A DNA stretch of 64,000 nt, taken from the NCBI GenBank assembly GCA_951406725.2, contig OX597822.1:44578001-44642000 (forward strand). Reading direction: 5' to 3'. A model generated the notes under the pieces. The model saw only the letters and a list, made by a program, of their open reading frames with translations, made no database searches and was not told the origin of the DNA. Below are positions 1 through 14,331 of the stretch, one piece after another. The translations under genes and the position numbers were made by a program. The first letter of the stretch is position 1. Each line of letters starts with the position of its first letter. The DNA is from Octopus vulgaris (taxonomy: Eukaryota).

Positions 1-40
1 CCTTCTTCTTCTTTTAAATACCAATATAATAATAATAGTA

Positions 41-53
41 TTAATAATAAAAA

Positions 54-97
<44 letters not shown>

Positions 98-207
98 GTT
101 ATTTTTATTATTCTTTCAATAGTTCCATGCAATTCTCTACAGCGCCACCAGATGCATCCATACTAAAGACTTATGCGCAGTATTATCTTGTTGGAGAGGA
201 AAGCTAG

Positions 208-247
<40 letters not shown>

Positions 248-282
248 TACTGTTATTATCATCATCATTATCATCATCATCA

Positions 283-362
<80 letters not shown>

Positions 363-509
363 TTGTAGTTTGTTGTTGGTGGTATTCGTTTCTTGCTTCC
401 GGTTGTTATTTCAGCGTTTTCTGTTGGCACTCCTGCTACCGCTACTAATGATTACTCTTGTATTTAGTGGCATGCAGCAGCAGCAGCAGCTTCAGCTGTA
501 GTAGTAGTT

Positions 510-562
<53 letters not shown>
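41..562. repeat. Compound microsatellite block (TAT)n/(TA)n/(CAT)n/(CAG)n/(TAG)n
   Basis: Visible simple repeats; source of the poly-I/Y/H ORF calls. Confidence 0.95.
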
Positions 563-563
<1 letters not shown>

Positions 564-884
564 ATATTTTATGGACTAGATTGGCAAAATCGGTAGCGGA
601 TGGGGGTCAAAGATTTGAGAGAGGATGAAGAAGCTGCGTGGTTTCCAGTGCTTAGTTACATACGTTTCTCCCGTGTTGAAACCCAGCCGACTGTTGTGTT
701 CGCCCCTGCCAGTTAAATGATCAGCCCGATTTAATCCCCCGTTCCATATCCCTTAAATGTAGGGGCGTTGTGTTTATGCTCGAAAACATATTTATTATTT
801 ACGAAGGCGATAAACTGACAGTATAATCGTATTTGAAATCGCAAAAAAATGCCCGGGGACGTTAGACGAATCCCAAATCAATTA

Positions 885-990
885 CTCTTTTACTTGTTTC
901 AGTCATTTGACTGCGGCCATGCTGGAGTACTGCCATTTAATTGAACAAATCAACCCCATGGCTTATTCTTTGTAAACCTTGTACTTATTC
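885..990 (-). mobile_element. SINE family A, 3' tail fragment
   Basis: Reverse complement of the tail CCAGCATGGCCGCAGTCAAATGACTGAAACAAGTAAAAGAG seen in many copies. Confidence 0.85.
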
Positions 991-1031
991 CGTTAAGGTT
1001 TTCTTTGTATTTTATTATTTTGGAATTTTAA

Positions 1032-1230
1032 GATGGTGAGATGGCAGAATTATTATATCGCTGGGCAAAATGCTTAGCGCTGTTTCGTCTATCTTTACGT
1101 TTTGAGTTGTGATACCAACGTGGTTACTTCCTTTTCATCCTTTCGGGTTTCATAAGGTAAGTTGCTGCCAAGAGCTAGGATCGATGAAATTGCCATTCTC
1201 ACCTGTCGTAAGCAAACTGCTGGTCCTGTG
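1032..1230 (+). mobile_element. SINE family B, degenerate copy
   Basis: Similar to 3168-3400 (ATGCTTAGCG...CCTTTTCATCCTTTCGGG). Confidence 0.7.
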
Positions 1231-2084
1231 CCAAATTACTTGGGTGTTGATAAAAAAAGTACCACCAATAAATCGATTAAGAATTAATATATTCACACCA
1301 CTCTGAATAATTGCCTAAATTTGAAATGATTGCAAGAGTTAGCGGATCGGAAGAATGGATAGAACTTTGGACCAAATGTGTGCTGTATTGTTGATGCTCG
1401 CCTTTCGTCAGCTTATCAGGTTTCAGAAAAATAATTGCTCTGGTTTCTTAGATCAGATACGAAATCCATAACTATCCCACGTCTATGCCAAACAACGATT
1501 GCCGCCTGTGTTCAAGGACAAGGATGAAAACTTCCACTACAACCCTCTACCTGTCCCCGGACTCTTCAAATACGTTTGTCATTGTAAATTTGATTATACA
1601 GGTAAATCAGCTGGATTTACCTGGATAATATTTTAAATGTTGCTACACCAATGCCAGTATACTCGCCTGGACGCTTAGTCACTAACAGACCAAGAACAGT
1701 GAAAAAATTTTCAATGAAAAATATTGCAATGCAAATGTATTACTTTCCAGTAAAATAAAGCACCGTAAATGTAGAAGTATAATATAGAGTAGTGGTACAA
1801 CAAGGCACCTATGTTTACTGGAAGTAGGAGTCGATATATTTACGACGCAATAGATAGATAGCTAAATTAAGAAATTGAGTTAAACGCAGGTGTTATTCAA
1901 ATATTTTTACTGCCGACATATGTTTCTAAGAGAACATTGGTATTATTCCAGAGGGAATAAAATGATGTAAAACAATGTAATTATCTCGTCAGGAGAAAAA
2001 GAGAGACTAAACACATCAATAAGCTAGAAAAGAAAAAGAACATTCATAACAACAACAAAAAAGTGCATATTACTAATTTAGTAA

Positions 2085-2775
2085 TAAAATGCAGACGGCT
2101 ATCTGGATGGATCCTCTGAACTTTTAGAACAAAAGAGAAGGAGACACTGATGGTCCTTTGGAAGACATTCGTCCTCAGCCACTTGGACTCCAACTATGGT
2201 CACCACACAATATAAAACTAACAGCAGAACTCGAAGCAATTCAAAGAAGCTACACTAAGAAGATCGTCTCAATGCAACATATCAGCTACTGGGAAAGACT
2301 CAAAGTATTGAAACTCTTCTCCCTGGAGCGAAGGCGGGAGAGATATGCAGTGGTATACAAATCTGGAAAATCCTGGAGAGTCTTGTCCCGAATTTTGACA
2401 TTCAAAGTTACCCCAACAGTAGAACGGGGCACCACTGCATGGTGCCAAAGATCCCAACATCACCATCAAAATACAGGACCACATACTGCAACAGCTTGGA
2501 CCACAGCACTTCAATATCCTTCCTAAATACCTGAGAGACCTGCATGGTGTGGATGTGGGTTTCTTTAAAACTAAACTGGATCTCTTCTTGTCAGGGGTTT
2601 CCAGATGAACCTACCTCTCGGCAGGAAACACAAATACGGGCAGCGGCGTTGAACTCCCTTGTTGATCAAGTACCACGTATCAGAGGTGGTTTCACATACT
2701 AGTGTAGCTCATTCAACGGTGGTGCCCCAGCATAGCCGTAGCTTTCGGGCTGAAACATTTTTAAGAATTTAAAGA
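2085..2775 (+). mobile_element. 5'-truncated CR1-type LINE: degenerate ORF2 C-terminus plus 3' UTR
   Basis: Translation SGWIL*TFRTKE..LWKTFVLSHLD / QLWSPHNIKLTAELEAIQRSYTKKI..YWERLKVLKLFSLERRRER matches the post-RT region of CR1-clade ORF2; stops and frameshifts present. Confidence 0.85.
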
Positions 2776-3167
2776 TATATATACTATGTATATTTATATA
2801 GTGTACTTATAATTATGTACACATATACTATGCACTGAGTAAGAAAGAGGATTTAAGCTTTCAACAGTTAAGAGCTGAGTTTCTTAGAATTCTACGAACA
2901 TCTTTTAAATTCTATTTCTTAACAACAAAGCTAAGATCGAGATTTGGTTTCTATACGGATTAGATTGATAATATATATTCAATCTTGTACTGATAACGTT
3001 AGCATCGACTAAAATCGAAACGCTAATGAGCATGTGGGTGTATGTGCGTGGGCGTGCATGTTGAGGAAGTCAGGAGGAGCGGTGAACGCATAGAGAAAGT
3101 GAAAGTCATTATATATAACTATATGTATGTGTGTGTAATACAAGAGCGTATAATATTCATAGAAAAA

Positions 3168-3568
3168 GGCGGCAAGCTGGGAGAAATATTAGCACACCAG
3201 GCGAAATGCTTAGCGGTATTTCGTCTGCCGTTACGTTCTGAATTCAAATTCCGCCGAGGTCGATTTTGCCTTTCATCCTTTCGGGGTCGATTAAATACGT
3301 ACCAGTTACGCACTTGGGTCGATATAATCGACTAAATCCGTGTGTCTGTCCGTGTTTGTCCTCTCTGTGTTTAGCTCCTTGTGGATAGTAAAGAAATAGG
3401 TATTTCGTCCGTCTTTATGTGCTGTGTTCCGATTCCACCGAGGTCGACTTTGCCTTTTATCCTTTCGGGGTCGATAAATTAAGTACCAGTTGCTTACTGA
3501 GGTCGATCTAATCGACTGTCCACCCGCCCCTAAAACATTTCGGACCTTGTGCCTAGATTAGAAAAGAA
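3168..3568 (+). mobile_element. SINE family B, full copy followed by a second partial copy
   Basis: tRNA-like head GGCGGCAAGCTGGGAGAA..GAATTCAAATTCC, central GAGGTCGATTTTGCCTTTCATCCTTTCGGGGTCGAT, tail GTAAAGAAATAGG; central block repeats at 3400-3568. Confidence 0.9.
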
Positions 3569-4300
3569 AACATAAAATGAATTTGTCTTTTTTCAATTTT
3601 GTGTTTTGTGTTGATAACTAAAAAAACGTGCTAGCCTGCATTTTATATCCTTATTGTTTAATATTTAATGTGGAGCGAGTGGGAAGAAAATATAAGCCAA
3701 AAAAACAAAAGAAAAACAAAAACAAAGAGGTAGAAAAATTTAACAAAAGTAAAACAGTCCTTGACCTAAAAAGGTATTAAACGGAAGTTTTAGTTCTTAC
3801 ACGACGAGACGCAACGCTACATAACCATGTTTTTATATTTTATACTTCATCTTTCACATTCTTTTTTTATTAATAACCGAATGAGTTATCCGACACGGAT
3901 CCTGTAACAACATATTTCTTCTTCTGTTACAACTTTTCTGATGTTTCCATCATTTTTGGCACTAACGGGAATGGTAATATTTAATTAAATTAATTATAAT
4001 TAATTTAATCTCTTCCATGTTTCTTACGTGTTGGTGTTACCATGTGAAACGATCGTATGTATGGATTAAAACGTTATCAAACTATTAACATCTTCTCTTA
4101 TCCATCCTTAATTGTTTTGTTTAATTTATATAGGACTGTGTTCTATAAATACTCATAATACACCTTATACTTGTATAACTTTCATATTTTTAATAAAATA
4201 CTTGCAATAGCAAGCTACAAATTTAATATGAAGAATATTTATTAGAAACCTAACTTTAATTGAACTCAACGTTTCTCTTATATAAATATATATATATATA

Positions 4301-4440
4301 CACGACAGGCTTCTTTCAGTTTCCGTCCACCAAATCCTCTCACATTGTAGAGCACATTTGCCCAAAATACCACGCAGTGGGAATGAACCTGAAACCATGT
4401 GGTTGGTAAGGAACCTACTTACCACTCAGCCACTCCTGCG

Positions 4441-4441
<1 letters not shown>
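4301..4441 (-). mobile_element. SINE family A, 5' half with internal deletion
   Basis: Reverse complement reads CGCAGGAGTGGCTGAGTGGTAAGTAGG..CCACATGGTTTCAGGTTCATTCCCACTGCGTGG..GGAAACTGAAAGAAGCCTGTCGT. Confidence 0.85.
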
Positions 4442-5181
<740 letters not shown>

Positions 5182-5258
5182 ATATGGGTGTGTATATGTG
5201 TGTATGTGTGTGTTTGTCGGTATGTCTGTATGTATGTATATATATGTGTGTGTACACA

Positions 5259-5296
<38 letters not shown>

Positions 5297-5303
5297 TATA
5301 TAT

Positions 5304-5478
5304 GAACCACATTTGAACTGTTGGATTTTTTTTTGTCCTCCGTCTTCTCTCTTGAATTTAATTCTGTCTCCTGTTTCTGAAGAAGAGCCATATTCGAAAC
5401 GTAAAACACTCTTTCGTGTCCTTGCGTTGTTTCTTTTTTCTTGTTATTTCTTTTCTCCCTTTTCTCTGTTATTAATTA
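5304..5478 (+). mobile_element. Short Penelope-like terminal-repeat element with minimal hammerhead motif
   Basis: TGTTT-CTGAAGA-agagccatattc-GAAAC-GTA-AAACA at 5372-5408 (stem I TGTTT/AAACA); related copies at 12827 and 46703. Confidence 0.65.
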
Positions 5479-5486
5479 TATATATG

Positions 5487-5840
5487 AAGGCGCATATATG
5501 AAGGCGCATGGCTCAGTGGTTAGAGCGTCGAGCTTACGATCGTGAGGTTGTGAGCTCGAATCCCGGACCGGGCTGCGTGTTGTGTTCTTGAGCAAGGCAC
5601 TTTATTTTCACGTTGCTCCAGTTCACTCAGCTGTAGAAATGAGTTGCGACGTCACTGGTGCCAAGCTGTATCGACCTTTGTCTTTCCCTTGGATAACACT
5701 GGTGTCGTGGAGAGGGGAGGCCGGTATGCATGGGCGACTGCTGGTCTTCCATAAACAACCTTGCCCAGACTTGTGTCTAGGAGGGTAACTTTCTAGGTGC
5801 AATCCCATGGTCATTCATGACCGAAGGGGGTCGTTACCCT
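5487..5840 (+). mobile_element. tRNA-derived SINE family D, full length with 15-bp TSD
   Basis: A box TGGCTCAGTGG, B-box-like GCTCGAATCC, central TTGTGTTCTTGAGCAAGGCACTTTA..GCTCCAGTTCACTCAGCTGTA; TSD TTAATTATATATATG at 5472-5486 and 5841-5855. Confidence 0.9.
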
Positions 5841-5854
5841 TTAATTATATATAT

Positions 5855-5981
<127 letters not shown>

Positions 5982-7009
5982 TATATGTATACATATATAT
6001 GAATGTATGGATGAATGAAGAATAGAAAAAGAGGTCAAAATCTTGCACGCGTGTGTGTGTATATATCTATATCTACAAGTCAGTCTGTGACCTGCTTTTC
6101 ATGCTTTGTTCTTCGATCTTTCCCTTACTTTCTCCGCACCCCCTATCTCCCGCTCTTCTTTTTTTTTTCTCTCTCTCTCTCATCTTGTCTGTCATTCTCT
6201 CTTTCAACGCGTCATTCTTTACTTGCTCGAATGCTTTCATTCTTTCCTTTATTCAGTCGACCTCCTTTAAAACTATTCAGCTACTTTAGCAGGATACGGA
6301 ACCGTAGAAGTCACGTGAATATTAGATCTGCTGTAAATGGCGGCACACTCAATTACTTTTTCCTCTCCGTGTTGGCACGCAATAGTACCGTCAGCAAAAA
6401 GACCTTTTAACCCAACCTTATTCTAAGACACATCTACATCATTTCCCCCACCCCCTACATACGCCAAGAAACTACATTTCAATGAGATGTATTGTTAATT
6501 TTCTGTCGATCTTACTACTGAATCTTCGTTCACTCTCTTCGGTTTCTGTTTATTGTTTTATGCCTTTTACTTTTCATAAAGCTCTTCGAACACATTATTG
6601 TTCATATTTATAATAATCTTATAGTTGTTTGATACCACTTTCGCATTTTCTGTCATTTCTATATATGTATGTATGTGTGAGTGTGTGAATGTGTGTGTAT
6701 GTGTATGTTTGTACGTATGTGAGTGTTTGTACGTGTGTATGTGTGTGTATGAGAAAGGGAGTGTGTGTGTGTGTTCGGTATGGTTTGTAGTTGTGGTGGT
6801 GAAGAACGCTCTATTGCTGTTTTGATCGTTGTTGCCGTCGCTGCCATCATCATCATCATCGTCATCATCAACACCTTGGTCGTAATCGTTGTCGTCATCA
6901 TCTTCATCATGACATTCATAATTTTTTATGATTCTTTGAAAATTTTCTGAATGTAAATATATGTGTATACACACACACACCCTTACATATAGCTGCATAC
7001 ATACATGCT

Positions 7010-7060
<51 letters not shown>

Positions 7061-7233
7061 TTTAACACGTATGTACATATGTGCAACTTTCTAAGTATGA
7101 ATAATCATAATAGATAGTATACACACACGCGCATGTCCACATACACACACATACACACGCACAAACGCACACATATATATATATTGTATGAATATATATA
7201 TCTGTTTTATAGCTATATGTGTATATGCATGTA

Positions 7234-7271
<38 letters not shown>

Positions 7272-7292
7272 CGTGTGTGTGTGTGTGTGTGT

Positions 7293-7462
7293 AAATATAA
7301 TATGTGACAATTATTCGGTAGCCATGATTAAACTCCGAGTTTCGGGTGTACAAGTTTTATCATGGCTACCGAATAATTTTCACATATATTTACAGATAAA
7401 TTACTCTATTTACACAATATTGAGAACACTTTCAGTCATTTGTTTTCTTGCCATTTCTATCA
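7293..7462. mobile_element. Penelope-like fragment with fold-back (inverted) duplication
   Basis: ATATGTGACAATTATTCGGTAGCCATGATTAAACT and AGTTTTATCATGGCTACCGAATAATTTTCACATAT are inverted arms; same family as 39073. Confidence 0.7.
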
Positions 7463-7477
7463 ATATATATATATATA

Positions 7478-7640
7478 CTTTATTTAAAAGCAGCAGAAAT
7501 ATAGCGAATGCTGTTACTCAGAGAAACGTGAAACTCTGAATAACAGCTTTTATTATATTTCTGCTGCTTTTAAATAATGCATATTACACTACCTCTGGTA
7601 TTTTTTCCAACTTCTTTCACATTTACATGCTTACTCCGGT
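7478..7640. mobile_element. Penelope-like fragment with fold-back duplication
   Basis: Inverted arms 7480-7523 and 7534-7577; centre GAAACGTGAAACTCTGA matches the end of 29524-29774. Confidence 0.7.
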
Positions 7641-7655
7641 ATATATATATATATA

Positions 7656-7809
<154 letters not shown>

Positions 7810-8335
7810 CATTGTGATCAACTTTCACACCCTCTATCTAACCAGCCTTTTTGTTTCTCCCCCTCTCTCTCTCCCTCTCTTTTTCTCTCTCCCTCTCTCG
7901 CTCTCTCTCCCTCTCTCTTTGTTTCTCTCTTTGTCTCTCAGTCTCGCTTTCTTCTACACTCTCTTCATTGTTATATTCCTCAACGATTTCTAATGCAAAT
8001 ATAGTTAGGTCTCAAATTACGTTCGGCTGGTGTGATTGTGCGATGGTACGAAGGTGCGAACTTGTGAAGCTGCCGAGAGTTTAACAATCTATAAGAATCT
8101 AAAGTCCTCCTTACCTTATGATTAGTATCAGCCCTTGGTCTTTACGATAGCAACTAGCAACGGTAGAAGCGGTAGCAACAGCAGTAGCAGCAGCAGCAGC
8201 ATTTCCAACCCCCACCAGACTTACTACTTCACTAATTATGATAGTTTTTATTATTTTTATTGCGATAATTATAATAATTAATGATTACTTCATGGACAGT
8301 GATTATATTTTTTATTACGAGAAAGCGTAATTACC

Positions 8336-8336
<1 letters not shown>

Positions 8337-8387
<51 letters not shown>

Positions 8388-8677
8388 TAATAATAATAAT
8401 AATAATGATGATGATGATGATGATGATGATGATAATACTAGTAACAGCAACAGCAACAAAGGCTAATAAACAAAATGATATTATTATTATAGTTATTATT
8501 CTTATTATTGTTTAGCTATTGTTGTTGTTTTGTTAATAGAATTAATATTGTTATTCTTTTTATCGACGTCATCATTACCATCAACATCATCAGATCCATC
8601 ACTATTATTACTATTATTATTATTACTATTATTATTATTGTTATTATTATTATTGCTATTATTATTATTATTATTAT

Positions 8678-8716
<39 letters not shown>

Positions 8717-8727
8717 CAGTAGTAGTA
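8337..8727. repeat. (AAT)n/(GAT)n/(TAT)n/(TAG)n trinucleotide blocks
   Basis: Visible simple repeats. Confidence 0.95.
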
Positions 8728-8826
8728 TTTTTCGGGATGTAGAGCAGGTTGTGGAAAGTGAACACTTGCGATCATTTGATTTATGGAGATCAATATAATG
8801 GAAATGTGTGAACATATGTGTATGTC

Positions 8827-8884
<58 letters not shown>

Positions 8885-9086
8885 TACATACATATATCTA
8901 TACATACAGTCATATATGTATACATATATACACACCTATATACATTAATACATATATGCAGATATATATGTATATATATGTATATATATATATATATGTA
9001 TGTGTATATGTATATATGCATATGTATATGTATATATATATATATATATATGCATATATATATGTATATGTATATGTATATATATA

Positions 9087-9130
<44 letters not shown>

Positions 9131-9296
9131 AATAATTATGTGTGCATATTTATACATACAGAGAAAGATAGATTCACGCAGGCGCTCAGGTAAATATATA
9201 CATAGATGTTTGTATATTTTGTAAACATACGTTGAAGTCGTTACAGCAGCAGCAGTAGCAGTCGCAGCAGCAGCAGCAGCCGCAGCAGCAGCAGCC

Positions 9297-9329
<33 letters not shown>

Positions 9330-9676
9330 TAGTAGTAGTTGGAGCAGCAGAAGCAGCAGCAGCAGCCGTAGTGGCAGTAGTTTTAATATACGTTAGCATA
9401 GTTTAGTTTGAAAAATCATAGCTGATCTCAGCCTGTTGGATCTCGTAGTTGCTGTTGTTGTAGTTATTGTCGTAGCCGTCGTCGTCGTCGTAGTTGTCGT
9501 CGTTGTTGCTGTTGCTGTTGTTGTTGTTGTTGTTTTGATTCTGATTGTGCTTTATTGCTATAATAATTTTTTATCGCCATCGTCTTTTCGCGTCGATAGA
9601 CAGCGATACGCATATAAGATGTCTGCGAAGGTATACGCATGTGAGCGGAAGCACGTAGATCACTTCGCGCGCGCGC

Positions 9677-9734
<58 letters not shown>

Positions 9735-10034
9735 GTGTGAGTGTGAGTACATGTGTGCATATGTGTGTGGGTATGTGTTTCCGTGTATGTGTTAGATTCT
9801 CTTGTTTCTTATATTTCCGTGCATTGTTGGGGTGGGTTATAAAGATATCGCTTTTATTTATTTACATGTTTCTAGTTTCTTGTTAGATTTTATTGTCTAA
9901 ATGCATTTGCTGTAGATTTTTAATATTGGTGTCTCTGATGTGAGTGCTGCTGTTGTTGTTATTGTTATCATGATGATGATGATGATGATGATTATTGTTG
10001 TTATTATCATTAATTATTGTCATCATTATTATCG

Positions 10035-10082
<48 letters not shown>

Positions 10083-10123
10083 TACATATATATATATATA
10101 AGTATATATATATATATATATAA

Positions 10124-10186
<63 letters not shown>

Positions 10187-10198
10187 TACTTATATACA

Positions 10199-10260
<62 letters not shown>

Positions 10261-10327
10261 CATATACATACATATATATATACATATACATATATATATA
10301 CGTACACACGTACATACACATCTATGC

Positions 10328-10398
<71 letters not shown>

Positions 10399-11167
10399 TC
10401 AAATATTCTATTTACATATTTACAAAATACTTGTTTGGCGTGATGGCAGCGGAGACGAGAGCTGACGGATGTTGCCGCCGCATTTAGCGGTGGTGTCGGC
10501 GTCGGCAGCTGCGGTAGCGAGGCTGGTGGCGAACGGGAAGGTACTCGATATTCGGCTACAGTTGTTAACATAATTGCTTGATTGTTCCAGATTGTTCTTC
10601 GCCTTGTATTAAACATTATTTCTTCGTTTATTCTACATAGTTTCGTTACGTTTAGCCTGTATCATTCAATTGTCTTCTCTTCTTATTACCATTGATATTT
10701 AGTAACGTATCAATTTGTGTAAATTTAGGCAATTACCATTGAATATATACACTTTCAATATGGCCACCATCGGATTTTTTTTTCGCATTTTATTTTTCAT
10801 GTTATACATGTGTTCTCCATTTTGTTTCTTTCTTTGATAAAACGTGTCAGCTGTAGGCATTACAGCATTTCTCTCCATTAAGCGGTTATATTTTGTTACT
10901 GGTGTTGACGATGCTGGTGGTGATGTTGGCGGCGGCGCTGCTACTGCTGGTGGGGCTGTTGGCAGCTCCGGTGTTGGTGGTGCCTGAAGTAGAGGTGCCG
11001 CTATTATTGTAGTTGGTTTTGTTGGTTTATTTTAGGTTCTTCTGTTGTGTGTTGTGTTATTTTTTAAGTGTTTATTTCATCAAAAGATTCAGCTTCATTG
11101 GAATGCATTTCTAACTGCAATAAAAACGAATACACACAAACACACACACATATATATATGTATGTAT

Positions 11168-11209
<42 letters not shown>

Positions 11210-11332
11210 GTATGTATATATATATGTATGTATATATATATATATATATACACACATACATATATATACATATATATATACATTAATATAGATATATAAG
11301 TATATGTGTTTATGTGTGTGTTTCTATATGCA

Positions 11333-11382
<50 letters not shown>

Positions 11383-11383
11383 G

Positions 11384-11428
<45 letters not shown>

Positions 11429-12421
11429 CATTCGTACAAATATACACACAGATAGATACGTACATATATATACACATATAGACATGCATACATACATATA
11501 TACATCCATACATATATACATATATACATCCATACATATATATATACATGCATGCATACATATATACACAGCATCCACGTAATACACAGTATCCACATGC
11601 ATGCATACATATATACACAGCATCCACGTAATTATAAGTGCAAATATGTATATGTTTACAAATATATACGGATACAAACACATACATATTTGAAATATTT
11701 ACATAAGTTTATATACATATTTCGATATATTTAATGTGCGTGTGTGTGTATGTATGTGCGCACGCGTGCGTATGTGTTTTCTTGTGTTTTGTAATCTACA
11801 AAAAGGAAAATCGAAAAGAGGAGATGCTGCTCAACTACAAAACCATTACGAATAGAATTTGAAAAATTCAATAAAGGCAGGCAACATTTATGAATAAATA
11901 CTAAATATCTTTTTGTTGATATCGTCTGTTTCAGTGAATTGCCTCAGCAGTCTGATAAGTACATTGAGAGCAGGAAGATCATTTTGGCAGATATCATAAG
12001 ACTGTGTAACATAATAACTGTACCGAACAGAAATGGCGGACTGCTAAATAATTATATCAAAAGGTTTATGTATGATTGCGTGTATGTATGAATATGTGTA
12101 TGTATGTATGTATGCATGTGCGTACGTACGTATGTATGTATGCATGCATGCATGCATGTATGTATGTATGTATTTATTTATGTTTGTAGGTATGTATGTC
12201 TGTATGTATTCATACATGTATGTATGTATTCACGTATGTATGTATGTGTATGCATGTATATATGTACGTATGTACATACATATGTATGTAGTTATGTATA
12301 TTTTTATTTATGTACGTAACTCTTATGCCTGTGTGCGTGAGTGTGCGCGGTTGTTTATGAATGTAATGATATATATATGTATTTATGGATGTATACAAAT
12401 GAATGGATACAAACATGTAAA

Positions 12422-12479
<58 letters not shown>

Positions 12480-12510
12480 TACCTATATCCAGCTATATCT
12501 ATCTATGTAA

Positions 12511-12579
<69 letters not shown>

Positions 12580-12826
12580 TCACTGATATATTCATAAACA
12601 TTATTATTGCTAATACTTCTGTGTTTTCTAACGTACTGTAGAATTGCTTTAAATAAACTTCTAAGTTATTGGGATGTAAAGATACCATCACCGGATTTTA
12701 AGAAGAGGTGATAGGGAGCAAATACAGACACAAAAACACACACACACACACACAAATGCACATACACACATACAAGCACACGGTCATATGCGCACACGCT
12801 TATATATATATATATGTGTGTGTGTG

Positions 12827-13012
12827 TGTATAGTAAATCCTCAAAAAAGAAGAATAAGTACAATTAAAACACATCAACTTGAATACGTGGTACAAGCAAA
12901 CTATTAGCAGACGCTCAGGCAAGGAAAAAAATGTGGTTTTACTTTTCGAGCAGAGCGCTTCGACAGAAACAGGAGACAGAGAAAAGTCCAAGAGAAGAAG
13001 ACGGAGGAGTAT
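12827..13012 (-). mobile_element. Penelope-like terminal-repeat element, degenerate hammerhead
   Basis: Minus strand CCTCCGTCTTCTTCTCTTGG..CTGTCTCCTGTTTCTGTCGAAGCGCTCTGCTCGAAAAGTAAAAC, homologous to 5304-5478. Confidence 0.6.
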
Positions 13013-13065
13013 ATATATGTGTGTGTATATATATTTATATATATATATACATATATATATATAAT

Positions 13066-13272
13066 GGCTTCAAATTGTGGCACAAGGCCGGCAATTTCAA
13101 GAGAGTGGTTGAGTTGAAATTGTTGCAGTCGACACCAATTATTTTATCGACCCTAAAAGGATGAAAGGTGAAGTCAACCTCGAGGGAATTTAAACTCAGA
13201 ACATTAAAACAGATGAAATGCCGCTACGCATTACGCCCGGTGTGCTAACAATCCTGCCATCTCCCCACCTTT
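13066..13272 (-). mobile_element. SINE family B
   Basis: TTTATCGACCCTAAAAGGATGAAAGGTGAAGTCAACCTCG..AAACTCAGAAC. Confidence 0.8.
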
Positions 13273-13295
13273 CACACATGTTTTGATATATCAAA

Positions 13296-13335
<40 letters not shown>

Positions 13336-13337
<2 letters not shown>

Positions 13338-13548
13338 CTTTTACTACCCACAAGGGGCTAAACACAGAGGGGACAAACAAGGACAGACAAACGGATTAAG
13401 TCGATTACATCGACCCCAGTGTGTAACTGGTACTTTATTTATCGACCCCGAAAGGATGAAAGGCAAAGTCGACCTCAGAACGTAACGGCAGACGAAATAC
13501 GGCTACGCATTTCGCCCGGCGTGCTAACGTTTCTGCCAGCTCGCCGCT
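13336..13548 (-). mobile_element. SINE family B, young copy with small internal deletion
   Basis: Close reverse complement of 31521-31747; B-box region is deleted. Confidence 0.9.
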
Positions 13549-13549
13549 T

Positions 13550-13651
<102 letters not shown>

Positions 13652-13676
13652 TCTTTTAGTGTGTAAGTACATCTAT

Positions 13677-13865
13677 TTGTCTGTTTGTCCCCTATCACCG
13701 ATTTTCTTTTGTATTTTGGTCTCTATAACTTAGCGGTTCAAAAGAGACGACAGAATAAGTACAGCCTTAAAGATAAGTACTGGAGTAAATTTCTTCCGAT
13801 ATAACCCTTTGAAGTCGATGTCCCAGCATGGCCCCGGTTCAATGAGTGAAACAGATTAAAATTAA
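13677..13865 (+). mobile_element. SINE family A, 3' half
   Basis: TAACTTAGCGGTTC..AGAATAAGTAC..CCCAGCATGGCC..TGAAAC. Confidence 0.75.
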
Positions 13866-14292
13866 AAGTTATGTGAAAAAACGCATTATTTGCATACGTA
13901 GATGACAACGTTTGCGTAAAGACTGACGTCACATACATATATATAAATATATAAATATATACGTTTCATAGATATTGCCATATATGGTAAAGGCAGTTTC
14001 ATATAGATATATTAATGTAGAAATCGGTAGGATTACGCAAAAATCGCAGATCGCATCTTCTCAAACTTAACCGATGCCACAAAATTATGGTAGAATCCAT
14101 AATGTTCGTACACACATGCGTAAGAAAAATGCGCTTCCGAATGACAGCTTGACAGTCGTGCAAGTGCGTAATGATCGGTTTTGTGGCTGTGTCTATGCGT
14201 TTGTATCTGCGTGCGTGCATGCGAGTGTGCAATTCTGTGAATGTAGACATACGTACATACATATATACATACATACATGCATATCTATATAT

Positions 14293-14331
<39 letters not shown>

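Noticed and set aside
1450-1700. Possible decayed Penelope endonuclease (NDCRLCSRT..SPDSSNTFVI)
   Set aside because: Only a CxxC-like hint and no GIY-YIG motif recoverable; too weak to call
5503-5575. tRNA gene-like sequence (also 25646, 51397)
   Set aside because: A/B boxes are present but the acceptor stem is not intact and the sequence runs into SINE bodies
10430-10616. GC-rich Pro/Ala-rich reading frame
   Set aside because: Degenerate GGC/GGT triplet low complexity fused to TA repeats; no convincing exon boundaries
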